This document shows, piece after piece, positions 28,274-38,399 of a stretch of 47,869 nucleotides of DNA. A program made the translations under genes and the position numbers. The notes under the pieces were generated by a model. The model saw only the letters and a list, made by a program, of their open reading frames with translations, was not told the origin of the DNA and made no database searches. The DNA comes from an uncultured bacterium (GTDB taxonomy: Bacteria; CAYUVA01), in NCBI GenBank assembly GCA_964448115.1, contig CAYUVA010000037.1, positions 1 to 47,869 on the forward strand, read 5' to 3'. Within the stretch, counting starts at the first letter, position 1. Each line of letters opens with the position of its first letter.

Positions 28274-28795
28274 ATGGATAGAGTTCGCTTGCTTTCAATT
28301 AATATAGCTGTTGCCATCTTTCTCTCCATGAATCTATTCGGTTGCCTAACAACGCGAAAGATAATGGTTGCGCCCGAATACAAGGCGCTCGAAGAGACGA
28401 TAACAAGATTCTGGGAGGCTCGTGTCAGCCAGGATTTCGAGACCATGTATGATATGCATACTCCCCTTTTTACCGATAAGGTCAAGTATGATGATTACTA
28501 CAAGAGGGCTAAGGGCGGTATTGTCGGCACTGTGGAGAAGTTCAAGATAGAGCACATCGAGCTTTCAGAGGATGGAAAAAGTGCTCGCAGTGCTGTTCTT
28601 AAAACTTTCATAATTTATTTCCTTTATGGAGTTGAGCATCGAACCGATATAATCGACTACCAACAATGGATCATGGATGAACAAAGCGGTACCTGGTATA
28701 TAGACGAGGATGCCAAGGACTTCAAACCAGGCAAAAAACAAGACGAGGGATCTGCCCCGTCATTTATGGAGATCTTTGATATTCCAAGCCGATGA
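28274..28795 (+). CDS. Putative lipoprotein, possibly NTF2-like fold
   Basis: Lipobox-like LFGC after a hydrophobic stretch; LEETITRFWEARVSQDFETMYDM...WIMDEQSGTWY. Confidence 0.7.
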   Translation: MDRVRLLSINIAVAIFLSMNLFGCLTTRKIMVAPEYKALEETITRFWEARVSQDFETMYDMHTPLFTDKVKYDDYYKRAKGGIVGTVEKFKIEHIELSEDGKSARSAVLKTFIIYFLYGVEHRTDIIDYQQWIMDEQSGTWYIDEDAKDFKPGKKQDEGSAPSFMEIFDIPSR

Positions 28796-28798
28796 GAT

Positions 28799-31700
28799 AT
28801 GGCATCAGACAACCAAAAGAGAACATCCAACACGCAATTCCAGGGGGATGCTAGCAGCTTAACTTCAATCGCACGATTTCTTCTTTATATCGCAGTCATA
28901 GCGGTGCCCTTTTTTTATCTGCCAATAATTGAATCACCCTTTCGCCTGCCAAAAGAGTCGATCTTCATTGCTTTGGTCTTGATTGCCGCTTTGATCGTAG
29001 CTTGGGATAAAAAACCGTTCTATCGATATATTTTTCCAGGCTACCTACCGCTGTTGATACTGTTACTATATGTTTTTGCCAGATCGATCGTCAGCAACAG
29101 GGCTCCAAGGATATCGCTTACGGCTTGGTTCTTTTTTCTGGTTTGTATCTTATTCATTTTGCTTGTTTTGCACTTGAATCACAGGGATGGATTTATCAAT
29201 AAGCTTTATTTATTACTTATGGCGACCAGCTTAGCCAATGCGGTTTATGCTGTTCTGCAATACATTGGATTCAATCCCTTATTGGCTCCATTGGGCGAGT
29301 CGCATGTTGATAAGCGCGCCGTTGTTGGGCTTATCGGCAATCCGAATACCCTTTCAGCGTTCATAGCTTCGGCTGGTGTAATATTCATCGCCTGGTGGTT
29401 TTGGGGTAAATCAAACAAGGCATCGATTATCGGTATAGTTGGCGCCATGATTATATTTACAGCCTTGATCCTTAGCGGCTCCAAGACATCATTGGTGGCT
29501 TTCGAGGGTGCTATCGTCTTTTTGTTATCAGTTAAGCTCAGGCTATATCGAATTAAAAGCCTGCTGATCTTCATTTTTATTATCATCATAATGGCAACCG
29601 GAACCGCATATCTATTCCAGGCTGAATCATTGCCCTTGAAGTTTGTCAGCCTGAGCCAGCAGAGCATCGCATACAGAACATTGGTTTACATGGCAACCAT
29701 ACGACTGATCGCGGACAATCCTTTCTTTGGAGTTGGTCCGGGCATCTTTGCAATGGCTTATGCAAAGTATCACCAGTCGGTGGTCGCCGGTGGCAGGTTT
29801 CCCGAATCGGTCGAGATATTCCAGGATGTGTTGCAAGCACACAACGATTACCTCCAAGCAGCAGCAGAGCTGGGATTGCTGGGATTTATTATCATTCTAT
29901 GGCTTATGATCACAGTTGCCGGCTGCTCGATCAATGTTTTGAAACAAAAGGATAACCTCGAAGTCAGAATGATAGGTATTTCCGCAATTGCCGGCTTGAT
30001 TGTAATTGCTTTCGATGGGTTGCTTAGTTTTCCGCTTCACGTCATGCCCTCTATTATGAACTTGCTGATCTTTTATGCATCCATAATTTATATTTGCAAA
30101 AAGAATAAAATAAAATCTCATCGGACGAAGCCCCTAATATTGGGAACTCCAGGCAGGATTTTTATCTCTATGTTTTTGATCTTTCTTATTGTTTTCATGT
30201 TGAGTCCACTGGCGGTGGAGATCCTTTATTTTAAGGCAATGAACAAGGTCTCCAGCGGGGATCTCGATAGAGGTAGGCGTTTATTCAAGATCGCCAACTT
30301 TCCTGTTTTGGGTGGTTCCTGGAAGGTCATGATGGGACTAGGGATAACTCGCCTGAGAGAGGGCGATCCAGATGATGCCTTTTATTTTTTCAGTAATGCC
30401 CTTCGCATATCGCCCAAGCCTGCATTGTTGTATCTTAATCTAGGACGGATGGCTTTGGTGAAAAAGGATTACCAGACCGCTTTGGGGTACTTGCTGGAGG
30501 CTCTAAGGTACGATCCATACTACATGGAGGCTAAGGATACTTTGCTTGCCACCGTGGAATATATTGCCGCCAAGCCAACCATAAGTCCCCTCGACGCAGA
30601 ACAATTGTACAGTGCAACGGTCGATTACCTGAAAGATAGAGCCTCCTTTTGCAAGATCTTCTGCCGATTTTTTCTCGCCAAGGGAGATGTTGATCAGGCG
30701 GATGAGCTTGCCAATAGAGCTTTGGAACTGGAAGCGACAGATCCAGAGATATACCTTTACTTGGGCGATATCGCTTATAAAAAGGGCGATCACCGGCAGG
30801 CTGCCTGGTGGTATTACATCTTCAGCGAGCAGCTTACACGCAAGCCTGAAAAAATGGAGACCAGGCTTGCAAGCCAACTTAAGGAGATTTATCAGGCAGC
30901 CTTCGAGCAGAACGAGCGTCAGATGGTCATAGGATGCCTACAGAATCTCGGATATCATCAGTCGGTAATAAGTTTACTTGAGGATAGGAGAAAACAGGTC
31001 AACGAACTTGCCCTATGGGAGCATTATGAACTTGCTTATGCCTACTATCAGCTTAAAAGATTCGATGATGCAATAACTAAACTAGCAAAAGCAGGCTTCG
31101 ATGACCGCAAAACACTGACCATAAGGTTTTTGCTTGAAGCTCATACAGGTGCTGAAGTGCACCATGGTATCGAATACCTGTTTAAGGCACTGGAAAGACC
31201 TGTATCCATTGAGCTAAAGCACCTGATGGGCTTTCCGAGTAGGGCAAAAGAGCTACTTAAGGAGGGAATTTTATACAAGGGTCTTCGCTTCCGCCTGGAG
31301 ATCCTCGATGACATCGAGTATCTTCATATTGAGGATATCCCCGTGGAATATGGTTTCGAGTCTATTGAGTTTGAGAGGATGGGGATGATCAGCTTCGCAT
31401 ATACAAACGATGGACTGAATCTACTAAGGCAAACAAAGATAGCGCACCAGGATAAGGTTCGCTTCAGCCTAGCTAGCCAAGAGCACATTGAGGGATTGTA
31501 TTTTCAAGTAGATTATCGTGATCTGAATTCATCAGTCGTATCCTTGATCCCCTATTCGAGAAGCGAACACCAGGTATATGAGCAAGCATTAGCTATGCTA
31601 ACCAAGGGGATATTAGTGCCAGATAGAAGTCGAGAAAAATTACCTCAGGACATCGAAAACCTATATATCAAAGAGATTTTGTACATTACGAGGAGAGATT

Positions 31701-34486
31701 TTTCTTATCTCAACGATCTTGAGACATTAAGTTGGTATTCGGATTTTCTGATCCAGCTTTCTGGATATCTTAAAAAAATAGGAGAGAGCGATTTACAGAT
31801 GCAACTTCGCCTGATTGCATTTTTACTCCATCCGGCTGGGAAGGCTATGCTGTTGGAGCAGGTATCTTCTGAACCGACTATATTTGGCTCGCTTGCTGCC
31901 TTATTTATGCGAGGCATGGATTCCGAAGCTGCTGACTTCAGGTTCGAATTACTCAGGATTATGTTGCTTGGTTATCTTTGGAATGAACAGTTGCCAACAG
32001 AACTATCTTTATCTCCATTATTCAACAAGGCGGTCGATGAGCTTGAGGTGAAACATATATATCCAGAGTATGTGAACCAACTCGATATCAACCTTAATAA
32101 CAACATCAAATCAGGGCAGATGCGAATCATCAAAAAGTGGGGGAGAGTCCACAAGAGAATAACTACCAGAGATCTTAACGAAACCAGGCTTATGACAATA
32201 AAAATAAACGACGGGTCATATATCCCCGGAACCTGCGATCTCCAATTACGCGAATTCGTCAACCCAAAGACGAAGGTAAAGCTGAAAATATCGGTGCAGT
32301 TTTACCGGCTGGAGTTTAATGCCCTAAATGACAGCAGCAATTGCAGAAAGTTGGATATTGCAAAGATCCTCGTTTCACTCGGCGAATACAGGCTGGCTGC
32401 TCATTTTTTGGATTCATTACAAAACACCTGCAATAAGGACCAAGAGATTACGATGCTAAGGGCAGCGACAATTGCTAGGGATAAGGCTCAGCATGACTGG
32501 CTGCACAAGGAGCTGGACATTGGTCAAATTCCTTACAATAAGGCATTTCTTAGTTTTGTTAGCAATCTTTACAAGGAAAATGGTGATCTGAACGACTATC
32601 AGGGCAGGTTTAAATCTGTTATTCAAAATGGTTTGATTATGCGAAGTATCCCCATGCAAGAAAATTATTCGGTCGATCTTTCAACTTTCAATCATCTCTT
32701 CAGCCTCTATCTTAAGAATAATAAAGACTCCATTATGCAAGCTCCACCAAAATCTGAGATCATCATACCGCTAGATGGGATTGAGGCTGACATATTTAAA
32801 ATACTGGAGATAACAATACAAAAGATCAGCCCTGATTCGAAACAATTACAAGGAATCGAGATCTCATGGCTAAAGCGTGGAGAGGATTATTTTAAGAATT
32901 CCGTTTTCTCCCAAATAACACTGGATGATGATACGAATATTCTCCGTTTTGATATGAGCACACTGGATGCATGGAGCGGGCAGATAATGGCTCTTCGCAT
33001 AACATTTCCAGATGATAAACTGTTGTTTTTAATAGATTCGCTGAGATTTAATCCCTCTTTTAAGGTTACCGAAAAGAATGGTTCAGAGCTTGAAATGGCG
33101 CTTATCGCCTATCTGGCGGGGGATATAGATTATGCTGCCAGGTTGTTTGATAATTGCGAACAGGTTAACCTTTTACCTGGCGACCTGGCTCTTATAGCAT
33201 CGGTGGCTCTCGTCATGTCTAATCAACCCCAGCGCGCAGCCGAGATACTACAAGGCGCTGATACCATCTATAATACGGGGATATTAACCCAATGCGAGCC
33301 TGGTGAAATCATGCCATTTTTCCTTGAACATCTCTACTTCCAACCTACTGAAAAGCTCAATATGACCGGCTACTTTGACAATCTGCAACTCAAGGCGAAG
33401 AAAGGGATAATCCGACTTGATCGTATCGACGAAGATAATCCCCTTAATGCAGCAATTTATGATCGCCTGATTATCATGGGTAAGATGGTACATAGCGAAC
33501 ATGGATATCCTTTATCACTTGGCGCTCCATGGAAGGTTTCCTGGCAAGGATTTGATCTTGGCAGACCTTTTCAAGAGATTGAAATTATCGCTAATCCGAT
33601 GAGCACAGATAATCGGTTGATCATGCTAGATCTGAGCCGCCTTCCGGGTTGGCGCGGGTTGATTACTGGCTTTTCCATTGATTTGCAGGGAAAAGAAGAT
33701 ATGCTCCTCGATGTAGTCGGAATACTGCCCTCATTGGATGCATTAGGCGCTGAAGGATTAAGACGACTACAATTGTGGGCTAAAGGTGGTGATATTGCTG
33801 ATATTGTCGGGATCATTGAATGCTACCGCGATCAATTCCCTAGTCAAGCTGCAATGAAAGCATTGGATATATCGGTTGCCGAACTGTCCCATCAGGGAAA
33901 GATAGGTGAACTTGAATGTCTGCTAGATGGCTATTTTTGCCTATTTCCCTTCGATTATGGTGCGATGTCATGGCTATCAACCCTTCAGCCTGGGAGCCTG
34001 ATAGAAAAACTCGATGAAAGCATCGTGGATGCGCAGCAAGAGAGGCTCGCACTGTCCCCGGAAAGCATAATCCACTCAGAATGGAGAATTATGTGCGACT
34101 ACTCGATTAGCAAGCAGGCAATTCGACTTACCTCGGAGGATGGTAAATGTAAGCTAATGTTGGATTCTATGCCGGTTGACGGCAGAGGGTTTTCCAAGTT
34201 AGTGATCATTGTACAAGATGAGGGCCAAATCCCGTTTAATATTAACTTCTTTGATAAGGAGCTCAATAAACAAGGTTATGGCTTAAAAAAATTGCGTCCA
34301 ATGAACCTAGTCTTCGGTGGCGAGCTTAACGAGCTTAAATCGGCTATTGCTACTGCACCTGAAAATAAAGTGATCAAGCTGGTGTTGGATTTTAGCAATC
34401 TTGAGTGCTGGAAGGGGTATATTCACGGGATCGAAGTGAGTTTTGCAGCTAAGCAGGTAAAATTGTTATACATCGGGATTAAATAG
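28799..34486 (+). CDS. Giant O-antigen-ligase (Wzy_C/WaaL-like) protein fused to TPR repeats and repeated beta-sandwich-like domains
   Basis: GLIGNPNTLSAF, LILSGSKTS, NPFFGVGPGIF, QAHNDYLQAAAELGLLG, FPLH; then TPR-like helices and three D.S....W.G.I motifs. Confidence 0.85.
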   Translation: MASDNQKRTSNTQFQGDASSLTSIARFLLYIAVIAVPFFYLPIIESPFRLPKESIFIALVLIAALIVAWDKKPFYRYIFPGYLPLLILLLYVFARSIVSNRAPRISLTAWFFFLVCILFILLVLHLNHRDGFINKLYLLLMATSLANAVYAVLQYIGFNPLLAPLGESHVDKRAVVGLIGNPNTLSAFIASAGVIFIAWWFWGKSNKASIIGIVGAMIIFTALILSGSKTSLVAFEGAIVFLLSVKLRLYRIKSLLIFIFIIIIMATGTAYLFQAESLPLKFVSLSQQSIAYRTLVYMATIRLIADNPFFGVGPGIFAMAYAKYHQSVVAGGRFPESVEIFQDVLQAHNDYLQAAAELGLLGFIIILWLMITVAGCSINVLKQKDNLEVRMIGISAIAGLIVIAFDGLLSFPLHVMPSIMNLLIFYASIIYICKKNKIKSHRTKPLILGTPGRIFISMFLIFLIVFMLSPLAVEILYFKAMNKVSSGDLDRGRRLFKIANFPVLGGSWKVMMGLGITRLREGDPDDAFYFFSNALRISPKPALLYLNLGRMALVKKDYQTALGYLLEALRYDPYYMEAKDTLLATVEYIAAKPTISPLDAEQLYSATVDYLKDRASFCKIFCRFFLAKGDVDQADELANRALELEATDPEIYLYLGDIAYKKGDHRQAAWWYYIFSEQLTRKPEKMETRLASQLKEIYQAAFEQNERQMVIGCLQNLGYHQSVISLLEDRRKQVNELALWEHYELAYAYYQLKRFDDAITKLAKAGFDDRKTLTIRFLLEAHTGAEVHHGIEYLFKALERPVSIELKHLMGFPSRAKELLKEGILYKGLRFRLEILDDIEYLHIEDIPVEYGFESIEFERMGMISFAYTNDGLNLLRQTKIAHQDKVRFSLASQEHIEGLYFQVDYRDLNSSVVSLIPYSRSEHQVYEQALAMLTKGILVPDRSREKLPQDIENLYIKEILYITRRDFSYLNDLETLSWYSDFLIQLSGYLKKIGESDLQMQLRLIAFLLHPAGKAMLLEQVSSEPTIFGSLAALFMRGMDSEAADFRFELLRIMLLGYLWNEQLPTELSLSPLFNKAVDELEVKHIYPEYVNQLDINLNNNIKSGQMRIIKKWGRVHKRITTRDLNETRLMTIKINDGSYIPGTCDLQLREFVNPKTKVKLKISVQFYRLEFNALNDSSNCRKLDIAKILVSLGEYRLAAHFLDSLQNTCNKDQEITMLRAATIARDKAQHDWLHKELDIGQIPYNKAFLSFVSNLYKENGDLNDYQGRFKSVIQNGLIMRSIPMQENYSVDLSTFNHLFSLYLKNNKDSIMQAPPKSEIIIPLDGIEADIFKILEITIQKISPDSKQLQGIEISWLKRGEDYFKNSVFSQITLDDDTNILRFDMSTLDAWSGQIMALRITFPDDKLLFLIDSLRFNPSFKVTEKNGSELEMALIAYLAGDIDYAARLFDNCEQVNLLPGDLALIASVALVMSNQPQRAAEILQGADTIYNTGILTQCEPGEIMPFFLEHLYFQPTEKLNMTGYFDNLQLKAKKGIIRLDRIDEDNPLNAAIYDRLIIMGKMVHSEHGYPLSLGAPWKVSWQGFDLGRPFQEIEIIANPMSTDNRLIMLDLSRLPGWRGLITGFSIDLQGKEDMLLDVVGILPSLDALGAEGLRRLQLWAKGGDIADIVGIIECYRDQFPSQAAMKALDISVAELSHQGKIGELECLLDGYFCLFPFDYGAMSWLSTLQPGSLIEKLDESIVDAQQERLALSPESIIHSEWRIMCDYSISKQAIRLTSEDGKCKLMLDSMPVDGRGFSKLVIIVQDEGQIPFNINFFDKELNKQGYGLKKLRPMNLVFGGELNELKSAIATAPENKVIKLVLDFSNLECWKGYIHGIEVSFAAKQVKLLYIGIK

Positions 34487-34490
34487 TCTT

Positions 34491-35552
34491 ATGGAGAAAG
34501 AAAGAAAGAAATTTCTTGTGGTAAAGACCCATGCAATTGGGGATCTTCTGCTTATAACTCCATCGATTCGAGCATTGAAGAAGGCTTACCCAAGGGGGGA
34601 GGTCCATGTATTAACCGGGCGCATTGCTGCTCCAATTTTATATCAAAACCCGTATATCGATAGAATAATTCAGGTTAACGAGAAGGCTTTATTGAGTCGC
34701 TCTTTGGGGGAATTCTTTTATACAATCAGGCGCATTTCAAAGCAAAAGTATCGGGCTGCATTTATCTTTCAACAATCTACAGCAGTCCGCCTGATGGTAA
34801 GACTCGGTGGTGCAAAATCTATTTATAGCCTCGATTCAAGCTGGCGTGATAAGAACAAACCAGGACGCATCCCTTGGGTACCCAATGCAAATAGGTATGT
34901 TGCCGACAGCTTTCTTGACCTGGTCAGGGCTTATGGTGTAAAGGACGATGGTCTCAAGCTCGATCTTGACTTAATGCCTAGCGAATACAAGGATGCCTGT
35001 GAGCTTTTTTCATCAAGTACAAAGTCCCTGTCAATCGGAGTATTCCCCGGTGGCGGTAACAACCCGCGAGATCGAGTCTCTGCTAAACAATGGCATCCTG
35101 AGCGCTTTGCCGAGATGATACGAAGATTGCATGAATCGGTTAATTGCCGCATCTACTTGATTGGGGGCGCTTCGGACGAACATATACTTCAAGCGGTAGC
35201 AGATCAGGCTCCAGATGCGGTATTTAGGGTCGTTAGCAACCTTGACTTGCGTCAGTTGATTGCAGGTATATCTCAACTAGATCTTGTAATAACAAATGAT
35301 TCGGCTCCGCTTCATATAGCTATAGCACTGGAAATTCCCTTCGTAGCAATCTTCGCACCCACTAACCCAAGGGCATTGTTGCCTCCACAGCTTGTGCATT
35401 GGGCAGTGGCTCCACAGGTAGAATGTAGCCCTTGCTATAGCAATCAGCCTTTTCCAGGTTGTGAAAACCCTGGAAGGTGCATGAGCGCGGTTAGCGTTCA
35501 GATGGTGATGGACAAGGTCCTTGCCCGAATTGAGGAGATGTCGGTCAATTGA
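34491..35552 (+). CDS. Glycosyltransferase family 9 (heptosyltransferase-like)
   Basis: HAIGDLLLITPSIRALKKAYP, AKQWHPERF, VITNDSAPLHIAIAL, VAIFAPT, CSPC. Confidence 0.93.
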   Translation: MEKERKKFLVVKTHAIGDLLLITPSIRALKKAYPRGEVHVLTGRIAAPILYQNPYIDRIIQVNEKALLSRSLGEFFYTIRRISKQKYRAAFIFQQSTAVRLMVRLGGAKSIYSLDSSWRDKNKPGRIPWVPNANRYVADSFLDLVRAYGVKDDGLKLDLDLMPSEYKDACELFSSSTKSLSIGVFPGGGNNPRDRVSAKQWHPERFAEMIRRLHESVNCRIYLIGGASDEHILQAVADQAPDAVFRVVSNLDLRQLIAGISQLDLVITNDSAPLHIAIALEIPFVAIFAPTNPRALLPPQLVHWAVAPQVECSPCYSNQPFPGCENPGRCMSAVSVQMVMDKVLARIEEMSVN

Positions 35553-35613
35553 CCTGGTGCAAAGTATATATTGAGTTGATTACATTCGACTATATAAAAA
35601 TCCCCGGCATGGA

Positions 35614-35892
35614 TTATTGCTGGCTCACCTTTTTCTTGAGCGTTTTGCTCGGTCGAAACTTGAAGGTGGTAGCCGCTTTTATCTTTGCTAATTCGCCGGT
35701 TCTGGGATTTCTGCCCATACGAGGCTTGCGTTTATGGGGTTCAAATACTCCGAAGCCGCCGATCTTGACCTTCTTTTTTTCGAGAATAGATTCCTTGAGT
35801 ATGCTTAAAAGCGCATCAACCGCTTCCACAGCCTGTTTCTTGTTGAGCCTGGTCTGTTCCCAGACCTCGTTGACAATATCTTCCTTAGTCAC
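35614..35892 (-). CDS. hup: HU/IHF family DNA-binding protein
   Basis: MTKEDIVNEV...VKIGGFGVFE...RMGRNPRTGE...FRPSKTLK. GTG start preceded by GGAGG. Confidence 0.93.
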   Translation of the reverse strand: MTKEDIVNEVWEQTRLNKKQAVEAVDALLSILKESILEKKKVKIGGFGVFEPHKRKPRMGRNPRTGELAKIKAATTFKFRPSKTLKKKVSQQ

Positions 35893-36138
35893 TAGCCTAG
35901 CCCTCCTAGTTGTTTGAGAAGATCTACAAACGATAATATATTTCTATCATCATAGAAAATAAATGTCAAACAACCAGACACGATCCATGTGCTTGCGTAC
36001 ACGGCTTTCGCCACTTTGGGGTAATATTGGATTACCACTCGTATATGCTCGTGGGTCGGATAACCGTTGGTCGTGGCTTGTATAGACTGAGCCATGAGCG
36101 AGCGTTTCATATTTTATCGGGAATAACACAGTTGCCCA

Positions 36139-36206
36139 TCCTCTTTGTACCTTTGTGTCTTAGTGGTTAATTGACCATCCTCCCACAAGTTTCAAGCCTC
36201 ACGCCT
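36139..36206 (-). repeat. Dispersed modular intergenic repeat, copy 2
   Basis: Reverse complement gives AGGCGTGAGGCTTG (14/14 to copy 1), GAGGATGGTCAA (11/12) and AACCACTAAGACACAAAGGTACAAAGAGGA (25/30). Confidence 0.75.
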
Positions 36207-36289
36207 TAATCCACGCACCTCGCTTGGTTGTGATTATATAATTTCAGTCAACTCCTTGCCCGCAATTTCAATCGAGGCCTATTATGGTT

Positions 36290-37408
36290 CTATCTTTCAA
36301 GTATCTCCTTAAGGGCAGAACATAGAAGCAGTACATTGTTTTTTGTGCATGATTCGCCCATAAGCCCGATGCGCCATATTTTGCCGGCAAGCTCTCCTAG
36401 CCCGGCACCGATCTCAATACCATAATCGATGAGCAACCTTGTACGAACAGACTTGTCATCCACACCGGGTGGTATAAGCACCGAATTTAGCATGGGCGCT
36501 CGATACTGTTTTTCAACTAAAAGCTCTAGCCCAAGGGCTTGGAGTTTCTCCACCAGCAGGCGATGGCAATCGATATGTCGTCTCCACCTGGCTTCCAGTC
36601 CCTCCTCGAGCACCAGGCGAAGCCCTTGTTGTAAGCCAAGAATTGCGCTAACGGGGGCTGTATGATGATATGCTCGTTCCTCTCCCCAATAGCGCTGAAT
36701 CATGCTCATATCCAGGTACCAGCTTTGCACCTTTGTTTTTCTCTTGTTCATCTTCTCAAGCGCTTTTTCGCTGAATGTTATCGGTGCCAAGCCGGGGGGA
36801 CAACTGAGGCACTTTTGTGTACCTGAATAACAGACATCGATTCCAAGCTGATCAACGGACAGCTCAGCGCCGCCTAAGGATGTAACCGCATCAACCACCA
36901 GCAGCGTATTTGTATCCTTGATGATCTTGGATAACTCACCAAGTGGCTGAAGAACACCTGTTGAGGTCTCAGCATGTACCAGGGCGGTTACAGCCGGGGA
37001 GAAGGATTCTAGCTCGTTTTTTACCTGTTTAGGTTCTATCGGTTTCCCCCAAGGGAATCGGAGCGCCTTCAGATCAGCACCGATGCGTTGGACTATATCC
37101 TCCATCCGAGCGCCGAAGACTCCGTTGGTTAGCACCAGTACCCTGTCTTGCGGCTCGATTATGTTGACCAGTGCTGCTTCCATGCCTGCGCTTCCAGTAC
37201 CGGATATTGGTATAGTAAGGCGATTCTGGGTGCCGAAGACCTTCCTGAGCATCTGCTGAACCTGGTCCATAATGTGCAAAAACTCTGGATCCAGATGCCC
37301 CAGCAAAGGCAGACCTTGTGCAGCCAGGACGCTCGGATGCACATTGGATGGACCCGGTCCCATCAATATCCTCTGTGGCAAGCCCGATCTCTCAAAACTC
37401 ATAGCCAT
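36290..37408 (-). CDS. Alanine-glyoxylate / serine-pyruvate aminotransferase (class V)
   Basis: LMGPGPS, SGTGSAGMEA, VHAETSTGV, VVDAVTSLGG, YSGTQKCLSCPPG, YHHTAP, WRIGLMG. Confidence 0.93.
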   Translation of the reverse strand: MAMSFERSGLPQRILMGPGPSNVHPSVLAAQGLPLLGHLDPEFLHIMDQVQQMLRKVFGTQNRLTIPISGTGSAGMEAALVNIIEPQDRVLVLTNGVFGARMEDIVQRIGADLKALRFPWGKPIEPKQVKNELESFSPAVTALVHAETSTGVLQPLGELSKIIKDTNTLLVVDAVTSLGGAELSVDQLGIDVCYSGTQKCLSCPPGLAPITFSEKALEKMNKRKTKVQSWYLDMSMIQRYWGEERAYHHTAPVSAILGLQQGLRLVLEEGLEARWRRHIDCHRLLVEKLQALGLELLVEKQYRAPMLNSVLIPPGVDDKSVRTRLLIDYGIEIGAGLGELAGKIWRIGLMGESCTKNNVLLLCSALKEILER

Positions 37409-37429
37409 AGGTTTTTCATTGGTTTCGGT

Positions 37430-38389
37430 TTATTTCCAACACCCTAATGCCTGGTTTATATCTTGTGCCATAAAGCTGGCAGCCTGGCTGATGACCTCCT
37501 CGAAGGCATCAGGGGAATGATAATCGTCCCTATAAGCATAAATAATGCTCCGGGAGGCGTTGATCAGTGCTCCGTAGCCATCTTTATTGAAGCACTTTAC
37601 AACATCCTTGGCAGTAGCTCCCTGGGCACCGTAGCCGGGGACTAGGAAATATGCCCTGTTCAATCTCTTGCGCAGCTCGGCGGCATCCTCTGGATAGGTC
37701 GCTCCTACAACTATGCCCGGATTGGCATATCCATGTTGTATAGCCGATTCTTCGCTGTATTTCTCCACTAGCTTGGCAAGCTCCAAGAAGAGGCGTTCGC
37801 CGCCTTGGACAACCAGATCCTGAAGGTCGCCGGCTGACTGATTGGAGGTTCGCACTAACACGAAGATCCCCTTGCTGAAGTGGTTGCAGTCCTTGATAAA
37901 AGGCTGTATGCCATCATACCCCAAATAGGCGTTTACGGTGAGCGCATCCGCCTCTAACTGGGGTTTAACATGTTCATCGAATAGCTCTACCTCGCCAAGA
38001 TAGGCTGAGGAATAGGCCATTGCAGTGGAGCCGATATCGTTCCGCTTTCCGTCCAGAAGCACCAGCAAGTCCAGGTTATGGGCATACTTAATTATCTCGG
38101 AGAGCGCTTGCAGCCCATCGATGCCGTATTGCTCGAAGAAAGCCATCTGCGGCTTTATCATGGCAGTGTAAGGAGCGACCGCATCGAGCACCCGCTTGCA
38201 GAAGCCAAGCAGCACCTCACCGGCTGCCTTGAAGCTCTTTCCATGTTTCTCTATGGCTGCTTCCTTGAAGAATGAAGGAATCCTGTCCAGCCTGGGGTCC
38301 AGTCCAACCATGATGTGGCTCTTTTTTTGCTCGATACGCTCGATTAGGCGATGATAAAATCCTTTGTTCATCATATTTTCATTTTCCAT
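37430..38389 (-). CDS. pyrF: Orotidine-5'-phosphate decarboxylase (subfamily 2)
   Basis: VGLDP, KPQMAFFE, LDGKRNDIGST, LVRTSN, VVGATYP, LVPGYGAQG, NASRSIIYA. Confidence 0.96.
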   Translation of the reverse strand: MENENMMNKGFYHRLIERIEQKKSHIMVGLDPRLDRIPSFFKEAAIEKHGKSFKAAGEVLLGFCKRVLDAVAPYTAMIKPQMAFFEQYGIDGLQALSEIIKYAHNLDLLVLLDGKRNDIGSTAMAYSSAYLGEVELFDEHVKPQLEADALTVNAYLGYDGIQPFIKDCNHFSKGIFVLVRTSNQSAGDLQDLVVQGGERLFLELAKLVEKYSEESAIQHGYANPGIVVGATYPEDAAELRKRLNRAYFLVPGYGAQGATAKDVVKCFNKDGYGALINASRSIIYAYRDDYHSPDAFEEVISQAASFMAQDINQALGCWK

Positions 38390-38399
38390 TCGGTATCTG

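Noticed and set aside
35892-36110. 72 aa ORF with faint IS200 TnpA-like HxH (NGYPTHEHI)
   Set aside because: Too little similarity to support, and it runs across the likely HU promoter and RBS.
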